A stretch of 64,000 nt of DNA from Candidatus Bathyarchaeota archaeon (GCA_043826455.1 JBDRQD010000057.1:1-64000); one strand, 5' to 3'. Numbered from the stretch's first letter, positions 8,885-18,903 are shown. The notes: generated from the letters alone by a model not told the origin. A program made the numbers and translations.

Positions 8885-9970
8885 CTAGCCTCTCACAAGA
8901 TTCGTTAAACCTATATCCTGCGCTATTTGCTGAGCTTCAGATATTTCTTCTGAGGTTAGTCTTCTTTTCATCTCTGGTCTCTCTCTAGCTCTCCACTCTG
9001 GTCTATATTGGAACATTAGATTGACCCGAGTTCGCGGCCCCAGATTATCGTGTATCCATTGAAGTATGGGCCTGGTGCAGCAACTGTTGTGGCCCGGCAG
9101 CACCAGAACCCGTATGATGAGCTCCCCATGCTCCTTCGCCATGAGGTGGTTCCTGGTGGCGGCTTCCCAGTACCCGGGGGCGTCACTGATCTCGGAGGCG
9201 CACCTGTCGTTGCCGTACTTGAAGTCCAGCAGGTACAGGTCGATGAAGCCGGCGAGAAGCCGCGCCGTCTCCTCAGAATAATAGCTGTTGCTGTTCCATA
9301 CGGTGGCTGTGTTCACGTCCACCCGGCCCATGGTGTCCAGCCAGGCCCAAGTCATGGGCGTCGGGTCCCCACCCACCATGTTGATGTTCCTGCACCCCTT
9401 CTCGCTCAGCTCCCGCACCTGCAGCGCCATCATCTCGGGGGCCACGCTGGTGCCGCTGCTGGCCCACTGGCTTATGTCCCAGTTCTGGCAGTGGATGCAC
9501 CTGATGCTGCAGCCCCCCGTGAAGATGGTGCCCGACGGCACAAGCTCGGGCTCCTCACCCATGTGGGGGAAAGCCGAGTGGAGGCTGAAGTTGCGACCCG
9601 CCTTACAGTATCCTTTTTCGCCTTTGAGGCGGTCCACGCCGCACCGCCGTTCGCAGAACCCGCAGCTCTGCATGATCCTGTGGGCTATGAGAGTCTTCAG
9701 CTCAAGGAAGTTAGGCTCCACAGGCTTAGGCTTCCGGCCCTTAGCATCGTAGTCGGCTTCAATCGCCCGGTACTCCTCCAGGAGCCCCCTGTGCAGCTCC
9801 CATAATGCCTCGGTCTCGTCCCTGCGGCTATACTTGGCTGGGACGGCCTTGGCTATGAGGTACTTGGCGTATCTTCTCTTGTTGACGATGTCCACGTATC
9901 TGGGCAGCGCCTCCCTCACCCCAGGATCACTCAGGATGCCCTTGGCGTCGGGCCTCGTCAGCCACATCAA
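8885..9970 (-). CDS. Radical SAM protein, PflX / PFL-activase-like
   Basis: CGFCERRCGVDR, SGTIFTGGCSIRCIHCQN (CxxxCxxC), LLDFKYGND. Confidence 0.9.
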   Translation of the reverse strand: MMWLTRPDAKGILSDPGVREALPRYVDIVNKRRYAKYLIAKAVPAKYSRRDETEALWELHRGLLEEYRAIEADYDAKGRKPKPVEPNFLELKTLIAHRIMQSCGFCERRCGVDRLKGEKGYCKAGRNFSLHSAFPHMGEEPELVPSGTIFTGGCSIRCIHCQNWDISQWASSGTSVAPEMMALQVRELSEKGCRNINMVGGDPTPMTWAWLDTMGRVDVNTATVWNSNSYYSEETARLLAGFIDLYLLDFKYGNDRCASEISDAPGYWEAATRNHLMAKEHGELIIRVLVLPGHNSCCTRPILQWIHDNLGPRTRVNLMFQYRPEWRARERPEMKRRLTSEEISEAQQIAQDIGLTNLVRG

Positions 9971-10043
9971 TGAAACCTACGGCCCGGGACTGTTAAAGGG
10001 TACGGCTGAGCAACCGTTATTATCCTCGGCTGAGCCATCCTCC

Positions 10044-11090
10044 ATGATGGAGTTGGAGGCCAGGTACTGGGAGAAGCTGGACGAGGATACGGTGCGGTGC
10101 ACCATCTGCCCCAGGATGTGCACCGTGAAGCCCGGCAAACGGGGCTTCTGCGGCACCCGGGAGAACCGGGACGGGAAGCTGGTCAGCCTCACCTACGGCG
10201 AGCTATCGGCCCTGGCAGTGGACCCCATAGAGAAGAAGCCCCTGGCCCACTTCTACCCAGGCAGCCGCAGCCTCAGCGTCAGCAGCTTGGGCTGCAGCTT
10301 CACGTGCCCCTGGTGCCAGAACTACCACCTGAGCATGAGCCACCCGGGAGAGCAGCGCACCAGGCGCGTAATGCCTGAGGAGGTGGTGGAGATCGCCATG
10401 GCCCAGGAGTGCACCAGCGTCAGCTACACATACAACGAGCCCCTCATCAACCTGGAGTACGTGGAGGACACGGCCCGCTTCGCCAGAGACTCGGAGATCA
10501 AGAACGTCCTGGTAACCAACGGCTACATCAGCGTCCCGGCCCTCAGCCAGGTGGTGGACGTCATCGACGCCGCCAACGTGGACTGGAAGGCCTTCAGCGA
10601 AGAGTTCTACAGGAAGCACTGCTCAGCCGACCTACAGAGTGTTCTGGACGCCACCGATTACATGCATAACCACGGCGTCCACGTGGAGGTCACCTTCCTC
10701 ATCATCCCCGAGACCAACGACTCGGAGGACGAGACCAGGCGCATGGCCAGGCACCTGGTGGACCACCTGGGCCCCGACACGCCCCTCCACCTGAGCCGCT
10801 TCTTCCCCATGTACAAGTTCCAGCACCTGCCGCCGACGCCTGTGGAGACACTGGAGAGGGCCAGGGAGATCGCCCAGGAGGAGGGCGTCCGCTACGTGTT
10901 CGTGGGCAACATCCGGGGTGGCGGATACGAGGACACCGTGTGCCCAGGCTGCGGCGCCCACGTGGTGAAGCGCAGCGGCTACACCATCACCGGCTGGAGC
11001 CTAGACAAGGACAACCGCTGCAAGAAGTGCGGGGCCAGCATACCCATCGTCGGCCACAGGGAGCGCCACGGCGTAGCCAGCATAGTCTAA
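10044..11090 (+). CDS. amrS: AmmeMemoRadiSam system radical SAM enzyme
   Basis: CTICPRMC...GFCGTR, VDPIEKKPLAHFYPG, GCSFTCPWCQN, SYTYNEP, PLHLSRFFP and a C-terminal CPGC/CKKC. The start is moved to the ATG at 10044. Confidence 0.92.
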   Translation: MMELEARYWEKLDEDTVRCTICPRMCTVKPGKRGFCGTRENRDGKLVSLTYGELSALAVDPIEKKPLAHFYPGSRSLSVSSLGCSFTCPWCQNYHLSMSHPGEQRTRRVMPEEVVEIAMAQECTSVSYTYNEPLINLEYVEDTARFARDSEIKNVLVTNGYISVPALSQVVDVIDAANVDWKAFSEEFYRKHCSADLQSVLDATDYMHNHGVHVEVTFLIIPETNDSEDETRRMARHLVDHLGPDTPLHLSRFFPMYKFQHLPPTPVETLERAREIAQEEGVRYVFVGNIRGGGYEDTVCPGCGAHVVKRSGYTITGWSLDKDNRCKKCGASIPIVGHRERHGVASIV

Positions 11091-11137
11091 GCATTAGGTT
11101 TAAACCCGGTCACCACCACAGTATCCATACTTCTAGG

Positions 11138-11758
11138 ATGATCAAGATGATAGAACGGAAGACGGTCTACTGGGAGACCCCAGGAAAGGAGCACACCGAG
11201 GCCACCATCAAGCTCGCCTTCGAGGCGGCCAAGGAGCGAGGCATAGATACCGTCCTCGTCAGCAGCAGCACAGGCTACTGCGCCGAGAAGGCCGCCGAAC
11301 TGGTGAAGGGTACAGGCCTCAAGCTCATAATAGTCACACACCAGACAGGCTACAGCAAGGTGGGCGTCCAGAACTTCCCCGACGAGCTACGCGCCAAGCT
11401 GGAGAAGCAGGGCGTCAAGGTGGTCACCTGCACCGATGTCCTCACAGGCACTGTGGACGTGGGCGTGAGCAGGCAGCGCCCCGAGAAGGCGGAGCCCCAG
11501 GAGGCCAGGCTCCCCTGGATACTGCCGCCCCCCAACGTCATCGTCGCCAACGTCCTGCGCCAGTTCAGCCAGGGCGTCAAGGTCTGCGTCGAGATAGCCA
11601 TGATGGCCGTGGACAGCAACGCGGTGCCCAGCGGAAAGCAGGTGGTGGCCGTCGCGGGCAGCCACGCCGGCGCCGACACAGCCATGGTGCTGGTGGCCGC
11701 CGAGAGCTGCCGGATGCGGGACATGAAGTACCAGGAGATACTCTGCAAGCCCCTCTAA
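11138..11758 (+). CDS. Stand-alone pyruvate kinase C-terminal-like protein (MTH1675 / DUF1867 type)
   Basis: YWETPGKEHTEAT, VSSSTG, FSQGVKVCVEIAMMAVD, GADTA and a C-terminal EILCKP. Confidence 0.85.
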   Translation: MIKMIERKTVYWETPGKEHTEATIKLAFEAAKERGIDTVLVSSSTGYCAEKAAELVKGTGLKLIIVTHQTGYSKVGVQNFPDELRAKLEKQGVKVVTCTDVLTGTVDVGVSRQRPEKAEPQEARLPWILPPPNVIVANVLRQFSQGVKVCVEIAMMAVDSNAVPSGKQVVAVAGSHAGADTAMVLVAAESCRMRDMKYQEILCKPL

Positions 11759-11810
11759 CCCCCTTTCCTTCACCTTAAATGCGGCCGAGCCCAACCATTC
11801 ATGAACAGTT

Positions 11811-12719
11811 TTGAAGCGGATAGACTACGGCGTACAGATAGAGCCCCAGTTCGGGTACACATACAGCCACATCAGGGACGTGGCACAGCGGGCCGAGCTC
11901 AGCGGCTTCGAGAGCCTATGGGCCTCAGACCACTTCCTCATACGGCCCGACGCTGTTGATGTCAACTGCCTGGAGGCCTGGACCCTGCTGGCCGCCCTGG
12001 CCTGGGACACAGAGAAGCTGAGGCTGGGCACCATGGTCTCTAGCCAGAGCTACAGGAACCCGGCCCTGGCCGCCAAGATGGCCGCCACTCTGGACCACAT
12101 CAGCGGTGGCAGGGTCTACTACGGCGTCGGCGCCGGCTGGAAGGAGGTCGAGTACAAAGCCTACGGGATACCCTTCCCCAGGGCCTCCACCAGGATCAGG
12201 CAGCTGGACGAGGCCCTGGAGATAGCTGAACGCATGTGGACCCAGCCCAAGGCAAGCTACCAGGGCAAGCATTATACTGTCAACGAGTGCGTGTCCGCCC
12301 CCAAGCCCATCCAAAACCCCATGCCCGTCGTGGTGGGCGGCACCGGGGACATGCTCCTGAAGGTCTCGGCGAAGCACGCCCACATGGTGAACTTCGCCTG
12401 GAACACGCCCCTGGACGAGTACAGGGACCGGCTGGGCGTCCTGGAGAAGCACTGCCGAAAGCTGGGTAGGGACCCTGAGAGCATCAGAAAGTCCGCTGGG
12501 CTCCACCTGGCCCTGGAAGGAGCCAAGGGCCACATCACAGCGCCCTATGAGAAGTACAGCGGCGTCAAGAAGTGGGAGCCCAAGACGCCCAAGGAGGCCG
12601 CCGAGTTCGTTAAAGGCTACGCTGAGCTGGGCGTGGACCACTTCGTAATAGTGTTCCCCTACGGCTCCGAGGCGGACTCGGTGGAAAGCTTCATGCGGCA
12701 CGTGGCCCCCAGGGTCTAA
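11811..12719 (+). CDS. LLM-class (probably F420-dependent) oxidoreductase
   Basis: GFESLWASDHF, LEAWTLLAALA, RLGTMV, RNPALAAKMAATLDHISGGR, GAGW. Confidence 0.9.
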   Translation: MKRIDYGVQIEPQFGYTYSHIRDVAQRAELSGFESLWASDHFLIRPDAVDVNCLEAWTLLAALAWDTEKLRLGTMVSSQSYRNPALAAKMAATLDHISGGRVYYGVGAGWKEVEYKAYGIPFPRASTRIRQLDEALEIAERMWTQPKASYQGKHYTVNECVSAPKPIQNPMPVVVGGTGDMLLKVSAKHAHMVNFAWNTPLDEYRDRLGVLEKHCRKLGRDPESIRKSAGLHLALEGAKGHITAPYEKYSGVKKWEPKTPKEAAEFVKGYAELGVDHFVIVFPYGSEADSVESFMRHVAPRV

Positions 12720-12767
12720 CCCTTTTATTCGTGAGCATTGATCTGAAGCCATACCCGGGTTACAGGC

Positions 12768-13433
12768 ATGAACAGAAGAGGCTGGCTCAGCATCCTGGCC
12801 GTGGCCGCCGTGGCAGCCATCTCAGGCTACCTACTGTGGAGGCTCATGGCGGGCGACGGCAGCCTGGGCCAGCTGGGCCTCGCCGGAGTCTTCATCGCGT
12901 CCATGCTCAGCCACCTCACAGTGGTGGCCCGGGACATGTTCGTCCCACTCTTCCTGCCCCTGGCCTCCGTGTACCACCCCCTGGTGCTGGGGGCCGCGGC
13001 CGGCTGCGGCGGAGCCCTGGGGGAGGTGACCACCTACTTCCTGGGCTGGGGAGTGGCCGAGTCCATGGAGCCCATGTCTGAGGCCGAGGACAGGCTGGCC
13101 CGCTGGATCAGGAAGTACGGGCTCTGGGCGGTTCTCCTGGTCTCCATGACGCCCCTGCCGGACACACCCATAGTGCTGCTGGCGGGGTCTCGGAGGCTGC
13201 CCTTCAAAAAGCTGCTGGCCGTGGAGCTTGTCGGTAAGACAGCCCTCTACAGCGTGGGGGCCGTGGTGGGCGGCCTGGTCTACTCGGGGCTGGAGGGCGC
13301 CCTGGGATCGGTGTTCGCATCGGGCCTCATGGTGGTGGGCAGCCTCCTGTTCTGCATAGCCGTCACCTGGAAGCCCAGCAGGGACTGGATATTCGGCTGG
13401 ATGGAGAGGCTGGTGCCCAGCATGGGCGACTAG
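12768..13433 (+). CDS. DedA/VTT (YqaA-like) membrane protein
   Basis: Multiple TM segments, GGALGEVTTYFLG, TPLPD. Confidence 0.8.
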   Translation: MNRRGWLSILAVAAVAAISGYLLWRLMAGDGSLGQLGLAGVFIASMLSHLTVVARDMFVPLFLPLASVYHPLVLGAAAGCGGALGEVTTYFLGWGVAESMEPMSEAEDRLARWIRKYGLWAVLLVSMTPLPDTPIVLLAGSRRLPFKKLLAVELVGKTALYSVGAVVGGLVYSGLEGALGSVFASGLMVVGSLLFCIAVTWKPSRDWIFGWMERLVPSMGD

Positions 13434-13543
13434 ACGCTCGTCCTCAGGGGCGGAGACCTGGTGGTGACTGTGGGTTTTGGTGGCCTCGCCTGGGGCACCA
13501 ACCTCATCCGCTGGTAGCAGCCCCTCACACATACTTTTAGGGC

Positions 13544-15256
13544 CTAGCCTCTGATGCGGAGAACCTGCTCCGCGTTCAGGGTGTTCACCACGTCCCCGGG
13601 ACCCAGCCAGCCCCTGCGGGCCACCGAGACCCCCATCCCAAGGAACTCCATCTCGGGGACCCTGTGGGCGTCCGTCCCCAGCGACAGCTTCACCCCCTTC
13701 TCCTTGGCTCGGCGGCTGTTCACGTCGCTCAGGTCCAGCCGGTCCGGGTAGCAGTTGATCTCCATACAGACCCGCTGCCCGGCTGCCGCTTCCAACACCC
13801 TGTCCAGGTCCAGGGTGTAGGCGCTCCGCTTCTCAATGAGCCGCCCAGTGGGGTGGCCTATGGTGGAGACGTGCTCGTTATGGATGGCCTCTATCACCCG
13901 GTTGGTGATGGCCTCCTCGTCCTGCCTGAAGCCGCTGTGGATGCTGGCCACCACCCAGTCCAACTCCCTGAGCACATCGTCGGCTATATCCAGCCTACCG
14001 TCACGCAGTATATCACACTCAGTCCCCGCAAGTACCCTGACGCCGGGTATCTCATCGTCCAGCCGCCTGATCTCAGCCAGCTGCTTCAGGAGCCGCTCCT
14101 CGTCCAGGCCCCGGGCTATCCCTAGGCTCTTGGTGTGGTCGCATATGGCCAAGTACTCCAGGCCCATGGCCTGGGCCTTCTCAGCCATCTCCCTGATGGA
14201 CGCGTTGCCGTCGCTCCAGTCTGTGTGGACATGGAGGTCCCCCTTCACCTGGTTGAGTTCAACCAGCTCCGGTAGCTTGTGCTTCATGGCTGCTTCTATC
14301 TCCCCCGTGTTCTCCCTCAGCTCCGGGGGCATCCAGTCCATCCCCAGGGCCTCGTAGATGCGCTCCTCTTCCTCTGCCTCCACCAGTGTATCGTCGTCCC
14401 GCCTGAAGAGGCCGTACTCGTTGAGCTTGAACCCCGCCTTGACGCCGATGGTGCGGAGCTTCACGTTGTGCTCCTTGCTGCCCGTGAAGTACTGGAGGGC
14501 GGCCCCGTAGCTCTCAGGCGAGATGACCCGGAGGTCCACCTGGAGCCTGTTCTCCAGAACGACCGTACTCTTGGTGGGCCCATGAGCCAGCACCCTGGCT
14601 ACGGGCGGCATCTTGACGAAGTGGTCCGAGGCCTTCTCCGGCTCAAGGCTGCTGGCCAGGACGTCCAGGTCGCCCACGGTCTCCTTCCTGCGGCGGGCCG
14701 ATCCGGCCACCTCCACCCTGCGCACCGCCTCGCAGCCACCCATGTAGGTGAGGATACCCTGGATGATGGGCAGCACCTCCCCCAGGAGGAACCTGCCGCT
14801 GCGGCTCCTGTACTCCTCGATGGCCTTCAGGAGGTTCAGCTCCTTCTTCTCCCCGAAGCCCTTCAGAGCCCTGACCAGCTGCTCCTTGGCCGCCTTCTCC
14901 AGGCTGTCGATGCCTGTGACGCCCAGCTCCTTGTTAAGCCTCATAGCCAGCTTGGGGCCCACGCCCTCCAGCTCCATGAGCTCGGGGATTCCCTTGGGCA
15001 GGCTCTCCCGGAGCTCCCTGAGCACCGTGGACTCGCCTGTGTCCAGGTACTCCTCGATGGTGGCCGCTATGCTCTTGCCGATGCCGGGGATAGCGTCCAG
15101 CTCGCCCCGCTCCCTTATGTCGCCTATGTCCTCGGTGAGGGCCGTGACGCGTTGAGCAGCCATGCTGTAGGCCCTGCTCCTGAAACGATCCCCCTTGATT
15201 GTCAGTATCTCCCCTATCTCGTAGAGGACGGCTGCTATGCCGGCGTTGGAGCTCAT
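13544..15256 (-). CDS. polX: Family X DNA polymerase with PHP domain
   Basis: HhH IPGIGKS, AGSARR...[23 protein letters not shown] motif [16 protein letters not shown]. Confidence 0.96.
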   Translation of the reverse strand: MSSNAGIAAVLYEIGEILTIKGDRFRSRAYSMAAQRVTALTEDIGDIRERGELDAIPGIGKSIAATIEEYLDTGESTVLRELRESLPKGIPELMELEGVGPKLAMRLNKELGVTGIDSLEKAAKEQLVRALKGFGEKKELNLLKAIEEYRSRSGRFLLGEVLPIIQGILTYMGGCEAVRRVEVAGSARRRKETVGDLDVLASSLEPEKASDHFVKMPPVARVLAHGPTKSTVVLENRLQVDLRVISPESYGAALQYFTGSKEHNVKLRTIGVKAGFKLNEYGLFRRDDDTLVEAEEEERIYEALGMDWMPPELRENTGEIEAAMKHKLPELVELNQVKGDLHVHTDWSDGNASIREMAEKAQAMGLEYLAICDHTKSLGIARGLDEERLLKQLAEIRRLDDEIPGVRVLAGTECDILRDGRLDIADDVLRELDWVVASIHSGFRQDEEAITNRVIEAIHNEHVSTIGHPTGRLIEKRSAYTLDLDRVLEAAAGQRVCMEINCYPDRLDLSDVNSRRAKEKGVKLSLGTDAHRVPEMEFLGMGVSVARRGWLGPGDVVNTLNAEQVLRIRG

Positions 15257-15311
15257 GTGGATGGAATTAGGTTCAGATAAGATAAAGAATAGGATTGTGA
15301 TAGCAATGTAG

Positions 15312-15557
15312 TTACGTTATAAGAGGCTCAATGGATTTCTTAAATATACTCCATTCACCTATAGCTTCAACGCCCAAGTCCAGCTTATCAAACAAAGATG
15401 TGAGATCGCCCCTCTTCTTAGGTATAATCTTAAGGTAACCTTCTCTTTTCAAAATATACACTATTCTCTCTTCCTGTAATTCCCGATTTCTCCAGTTAGC
15501 GGGTAGGAATATACGGCCCTGCGAGTCTACTTTTTTAATCTCTACACCGTTTTTCAT
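15312..15557 (-). CDS. AbrB/MazE/MraZ-type DNA-binding protein, AT-rich
   Basis: KKVDSQGRIFLPANWR swapped-hairpin motif. Confidence 0.75.
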   Translation of the reverse strand: MKNGVEIKKVDSQGRIFLPANWRNRELQEERIVYILKREGYLKIIPKKRGDLTSLFDKLDLGVEAIGEWSIFKKSIEPLIT

Positions 15558-15616
15558 GTCCGACGCCAGGAAAAATGATCTCGCCCCAAAATGTAGGTAT
15601 TTCTATATGCTAAGTA

Positions 15617-16396
15617 TCACATTACCGGTTTGCCCTTCTCCCAGTAGTACTGGAAGAGATCCAGGCTCCACTGGTGAGTACCGGCATCCTTAGAGCCGAA
15701 GCCCCTGAAGTCGAACACCCCGTCCAGCCCAGGGAAGCACACGAGGGCCACCTCCTTCTCCGACATGTACAGGATCATGGGAACATCCAGCAGCCTCTCC
15801 ATGTAGAGCCCAGCACCCTTAACGTGCTCGATGTAGCCCTCCGGGAAAACCCTCCTCCGGTCGTCCACCATCTCAGCCGGGAGCTGCAGGGCGCTGCCGT
15901 GGAGGAAGTAGCCCTTCACCTCTCTGTCGAAGGCCCCCTTCACTGCCTCGAAGCCGCTGCTGAAGTAGCGCATGTTGATGTTGAGGATGTACTCCTCTGC
16001 CTCTGCTATCACCCTCTGGGCCCTGTGGATGGCCACCATGACGTCGGTGATCAGGGTGCTGTCCCTGAGCTCCCCCATCCGGGCCAGGAACCCGTCGGGC
16101 AGCCCGTCCATGACGTGCTCCTTGAAGTATCCCCTGTGCTTGGAGGTGAACCTGAGGGTGGAGAGCTGCCTGAGGAGAAGGCCCCCGAAGGGTGTGAGCT
16201 CCAGGAGGCCGTCGCTGCGCCGGGTGGTCAACCCGTTCTCGGTGAGCCTCTGGACGTGGCGGCTCACCTCCTGGGTGGTGATACTGAGCCTGCGGGACAG
16301 GTCCGAGTAGGTGCACGGCTCAGAGAGCAGCTCCTGAAGTATCCTTACCCGGTCCTCGTTGCTCACCTCGAACATTAGGTCGTAGAACATGCTCAC
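15617..16396 (-). CDS. Winged-helix transcriptional regulator (ArsR-like N-terminus, DUF1724/FilR1-like C-terminus)
   Basis: FEVSNEDRVRIL, ITTQEVSRHVQRL, LTPFG, C-terminal WSLDLFQYYWE. Confidence 0.8.
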   Translation of the reverse strand: MSMFYDLMFEVSNEDRVRILQELLSEPCTYSDLSRRLSITTQEVSRHVQRLTENGLTTRRSDGLLELTPFGGLLLRQLSTLRFTSKHRGYFKEHVMDGLPDGFLARMGELRDSTLITDVMVAIHRAQRVIAEAEEYILNINMRYFSSGFEAVKGAFDREVKGYFLHGSALQLPAEMVDDRRRVFPEGYIEHVKGAGLYMERLLDVPMILYMSEKEVALVCFPGLDGVFDFRGFGSKDAGTHQWSLDLFQYYWEKGKPVM

Positions 16397-16412
16397 GTGG
16401 CTTCACCTCAGA

Positions 16413-16775
16413 TTAAGGTTTCATTGACTGGTCCGGGTTAAGACTTTTGACTGACTCGAACTCCCTGAAAATGTCCCCATAGGCTGCGCAGAAGTACTGG
16501 CATGCCTCCAGGGCCCCTCTGCGGCCGTCCTCCGTCAGGCTGTATATCTTCTTCCTGCCCTTCCTCCGCCATACAACCATGCCGCTGCTCTCCAGCTCGC
16601 CAAGGGCGGGGTACAGGGTGCCGGGGGTGGGCTTGGTGCCCCTCATGCGGCCCAGCTCGTCGGCCATCTCCTGGCCGTACATGTCCTTCTTAAGCAGGAG
16701 CCACAGGATGCTGAAGGACAGCAGGCCACGCATGTCGCAGCAGCCTAGGGGCGGGTTAGGGCAGCATTCGCTCAT
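16413..16775 (-). CDS. PadR-family regulator with Cys-rich N-terminus
   Basis: ILWLL...MYGQE...PGTLYPAL...RKKIYSLTEDG. The start is chosen at MSECCPNPPLGCCDMRG because the region upstream holds the operator and TATA box. Confidence 0.88.
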   Translation of the reverse strand: MSECCPNPPLGCCDMRGLLSFSILWLLLKKDMYGQEMADELGRMRGTKPTPGTLYPALGELESSGMVVWRRKGRKKIYSLTEDGRRGALEACQYFCAAYGDIFREFESVKSLNPDQSMKP

Positions 16776-16782
16776 GGTGGGG

Positions 16783-16838
16783 TATTGGGTGTCCGATAAA
16801 TTTATATCCTTCCACACAGATTATTGGGTATCCAATAA
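16783..16838. promoter_or_regulatory. Divergent padR/arsM promoter with two palindromic operator boxes
   Basis: TATTGG-GTGT-CCGATA (16783-16798) and TTATTGG-GTAT-CCAATAA (16821-16838) flank an AT-rich TATA-like ATAAATTTATAT. Confidence 0.75.
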
Positions 16839-16852
16839 TAATGGTGGTGTAA

Positions 16853-17596
16853 ATGAGCAAGAAACCGGATGAGATAAAGCAGCACGTCCGTGAACGCTAC
16901 GGAGCCTTCGCAGAGAGGAGCCAGGCGTCCTGCGGGTGCGGCACGTCCTGCTGCGGAGGCAAGGACGACTACACCCAGAACGTGGGCTACAGCGAGGAAG
17001 AGATCAAGAACGTCCCGGAGGCCGCCGTAAGCAGCTGCGCAGCCTGTGGCAATCCAACTGCCATCGCGGGCCTCAAGGAAGGCGAGACGGTCCTCGACCT
17101 GGGCTCAGGGGGCGGCATGGACGCCATACTGGCCGCCCAGAGGGTGGGCCCCAAGGGCAGAGTCATAGGCGTAGACATGACCCCCGAGATGATCAAGCTG
17201 GCCAAGAGGAACGTGAAGGACGCAGGGCTCAGAAACGTGGAGTTCAGGCGCGGAGAGATAGAGAACCTGCCGGTGGATGACGAGACGGTGGACGTCATCA
17301 TCAGCAACTGCGTCATCAACCTGAGCCCAGACAAGGACGCCGTGTTCAGGGAAGCCTACAGGGTCCTGAGGCCCGGGGGCAGGCTCACCGTCTCCGACAT
17401 GGTGACGGAGGGCAAGCTCCCCGCCGAGGTGCTCAGGGACCCGGAGAACTGGGCCGCCTGCATCTCAGGGGCCCTGGAGACCGAGGACTACCTGGAGAAG
17501 ATCAGGGCAGCCGGCTTCCAGGACGTGAAGGTGCTCACCAAGAGAGGCGGAGACAGGCTCTTCAGCGCCGAGGTCTACGCCTCCAAGCCCCAGTAG
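16853..17596 (+). CDS. arsM: Arsenite S-adenosylmethionine methyltransferase
   Basis: VRERYG, SCC, CGNP, VLDLGSGGGMD, GVDMTPEM, ISNCVINL, WAACISGA. Confidence 0.9.
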   Translation: MSKKPDEIKQHVRERYGAFAERSQASCGCGTSCCGGKDDYTQNVGYSEEEIKNVPEAAVSSCAACGNPTAIAGLKEGETVLDLGSGGGMDAILAAQRVGPKGRVIGVDMTPEMIKLAKRNVKDAGLRNVEFRRGEIENLPVDDETVDVIISNCVINLSPDKDAVFREAYRVLRPGGRLTVSDMVTEGKLPAEVLRDPENWAACISGALETEDYLEKIRAAGFQDVKVLTKRGGDRLFSAEVYASKPQ

Positions 17597-17673
17597 GCAG
17601 ACTACCATTTTTTACCCAGCCTCGCTGAAGGCAGGTTATTTATTGGTTAACCGCCGCATTCAATTGGAGCCTT

Positions 17674-18858
17674 ATGGCGCCTAAAAGCAGCTTCGACGAG
17701 CTTTACCCCATCAAGGACTCCTACAGGCGGTTCGACCAGAGGAACACGTCCTTCGGCAGGGCCCTCAGGGATACCGGCAGGATCGTTGAGTTCGGCTCAG
17801 ACGAGTACCAGACCGACAAGATAAGGCAGGGCCTCCCCGGGTTCGGTGTCGTGGAGTACGCCTTCAACGGCGCCGCGGGCATGTACGAGTACCCCAAGGG
17901 CGTCTCGGACAATCAGGGGAGCGCCTACTACTCGTGGCAGCCCCTAGGCTACGTGAACAAGCCGAATGGCGTCCCTCGGTGGGAGGGCTCACCCGAGGAG
18001 GCTGCCCGCATCATCACCAAGGCGGCCAAGTACTTCGGCGCCCACGATGTGGGCTTCACCACCCTGGACAAGCGGTGGTTCTACACTCATAGCAGGCAAG
18101 GCAGGGAGACGGTCTTCGAGGACGTGGAGGAGGGCTACGTCACCGAGGACAAGGCAGTCTTCCCTGAGAGCCACAGGTATGTGATAGCCTTGACCGTGGC
18201 CATGGAGTACGAGGAGTTCATGCACGCCCCCACCCAACTGGAAGTCTCCACCAACATGGGGTACAGCAGGATGCACCTCCTGGCCGGGCAGCTGGCAGAG
18301 TTCATCAGAGGCTTGGGCTGGCACGCCACCCCCACAGGCAACGACACCGCCATAAGCGTGCCCATAGCCATCCAGGCGGGGCTGGGCCACGCCGGACGCC
18401 ACGGCAGACTCATCACATGGGACAGGGGCCCCCTGGTCAGGGTGCTGAAGGTGTTCACCGACCTGCCGCTGCCCCAGAGCGAGCTGGCCCACCCAGGCAT
18501 CATCGGGTTCTGCGAGACATGCAACAAGTGCGCCAGGCACTGCCCCAGCCAAGCCATACCCTTTGGGCCCAGGACCTACGAGGCGGTGAGCGAGGCCAAC
18601 AACCCAGGGGTGCTCAAGTGGTACGGGGACGAGGACGCGTGCCTCAGGTACTGGAACGAGGTGGGCTCAGCGTGCAGCGTATGCTTCAGGGTGTGCAGCT
18701 TCACCAAGAAGCAGGGGCTGCTGCACGATGTCGTGAAGTGGTTCATCAGGAACGTGCCTCAGCTGAACCCCCTGATGGCGTGGGCCGACGACCTGGCGGG
18801 GTACGGCAGGATGCATGACCCCCGGGAGTACTGGCTCAAGCCCTTCAGGCGCACCTAG
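17674..18858 (+). CDS. Reductive dehalogenase-like cobalamin / 2x[4Fe-4S] protein
   Basis: RFDQRNT, WEGSPEEAARII.KAAKYFGA.DVG, AIQAGLG..GR.G, TDLPL, FCETCNKCARHCP, C-x10-CSVCFRVC. No twin-arginine leader. Confidence 0.85.
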   Translation: MAPKSSFDELYPIKDSYRRFDQRNTSFGRALRDTGRIVEFGSDEYQTDKIRQGLPGFGVVEYAFNGAAGMYEYPKGVSDNQGSAYYSWQPLGYVNKPNGVPRWEGSPEEAARIITKAAKYFGAHDVGFTTLDKRWFYTHSRQGRETVFEDVEEGYVTEDKAVFPESHRYVIALTVAMEYEEFMHAPTQLEVSTNMGYSRMHLLAGQLAEFIRGLGWHATPTGNDTAISVPIAIQAGLGHAGRHGRLITWDRGPLVRVLKVFTDLPLPQSELAHPGIIGFCETCNKCARHCPSQAIPFGPRTYEAVSEANNPGVLKWYGDEDACLRYWNEVGSACSVCFRVCSFTKKQGLLHDVVKWFIRNVPQLNPLMAWADDLAGYGRMHDPREYWLKPFRRT

Positions 18859-18903
18859 CCATAAACCTAAATTCGTGGGACCATCCACTATCCTCGAACC
18901 GGT

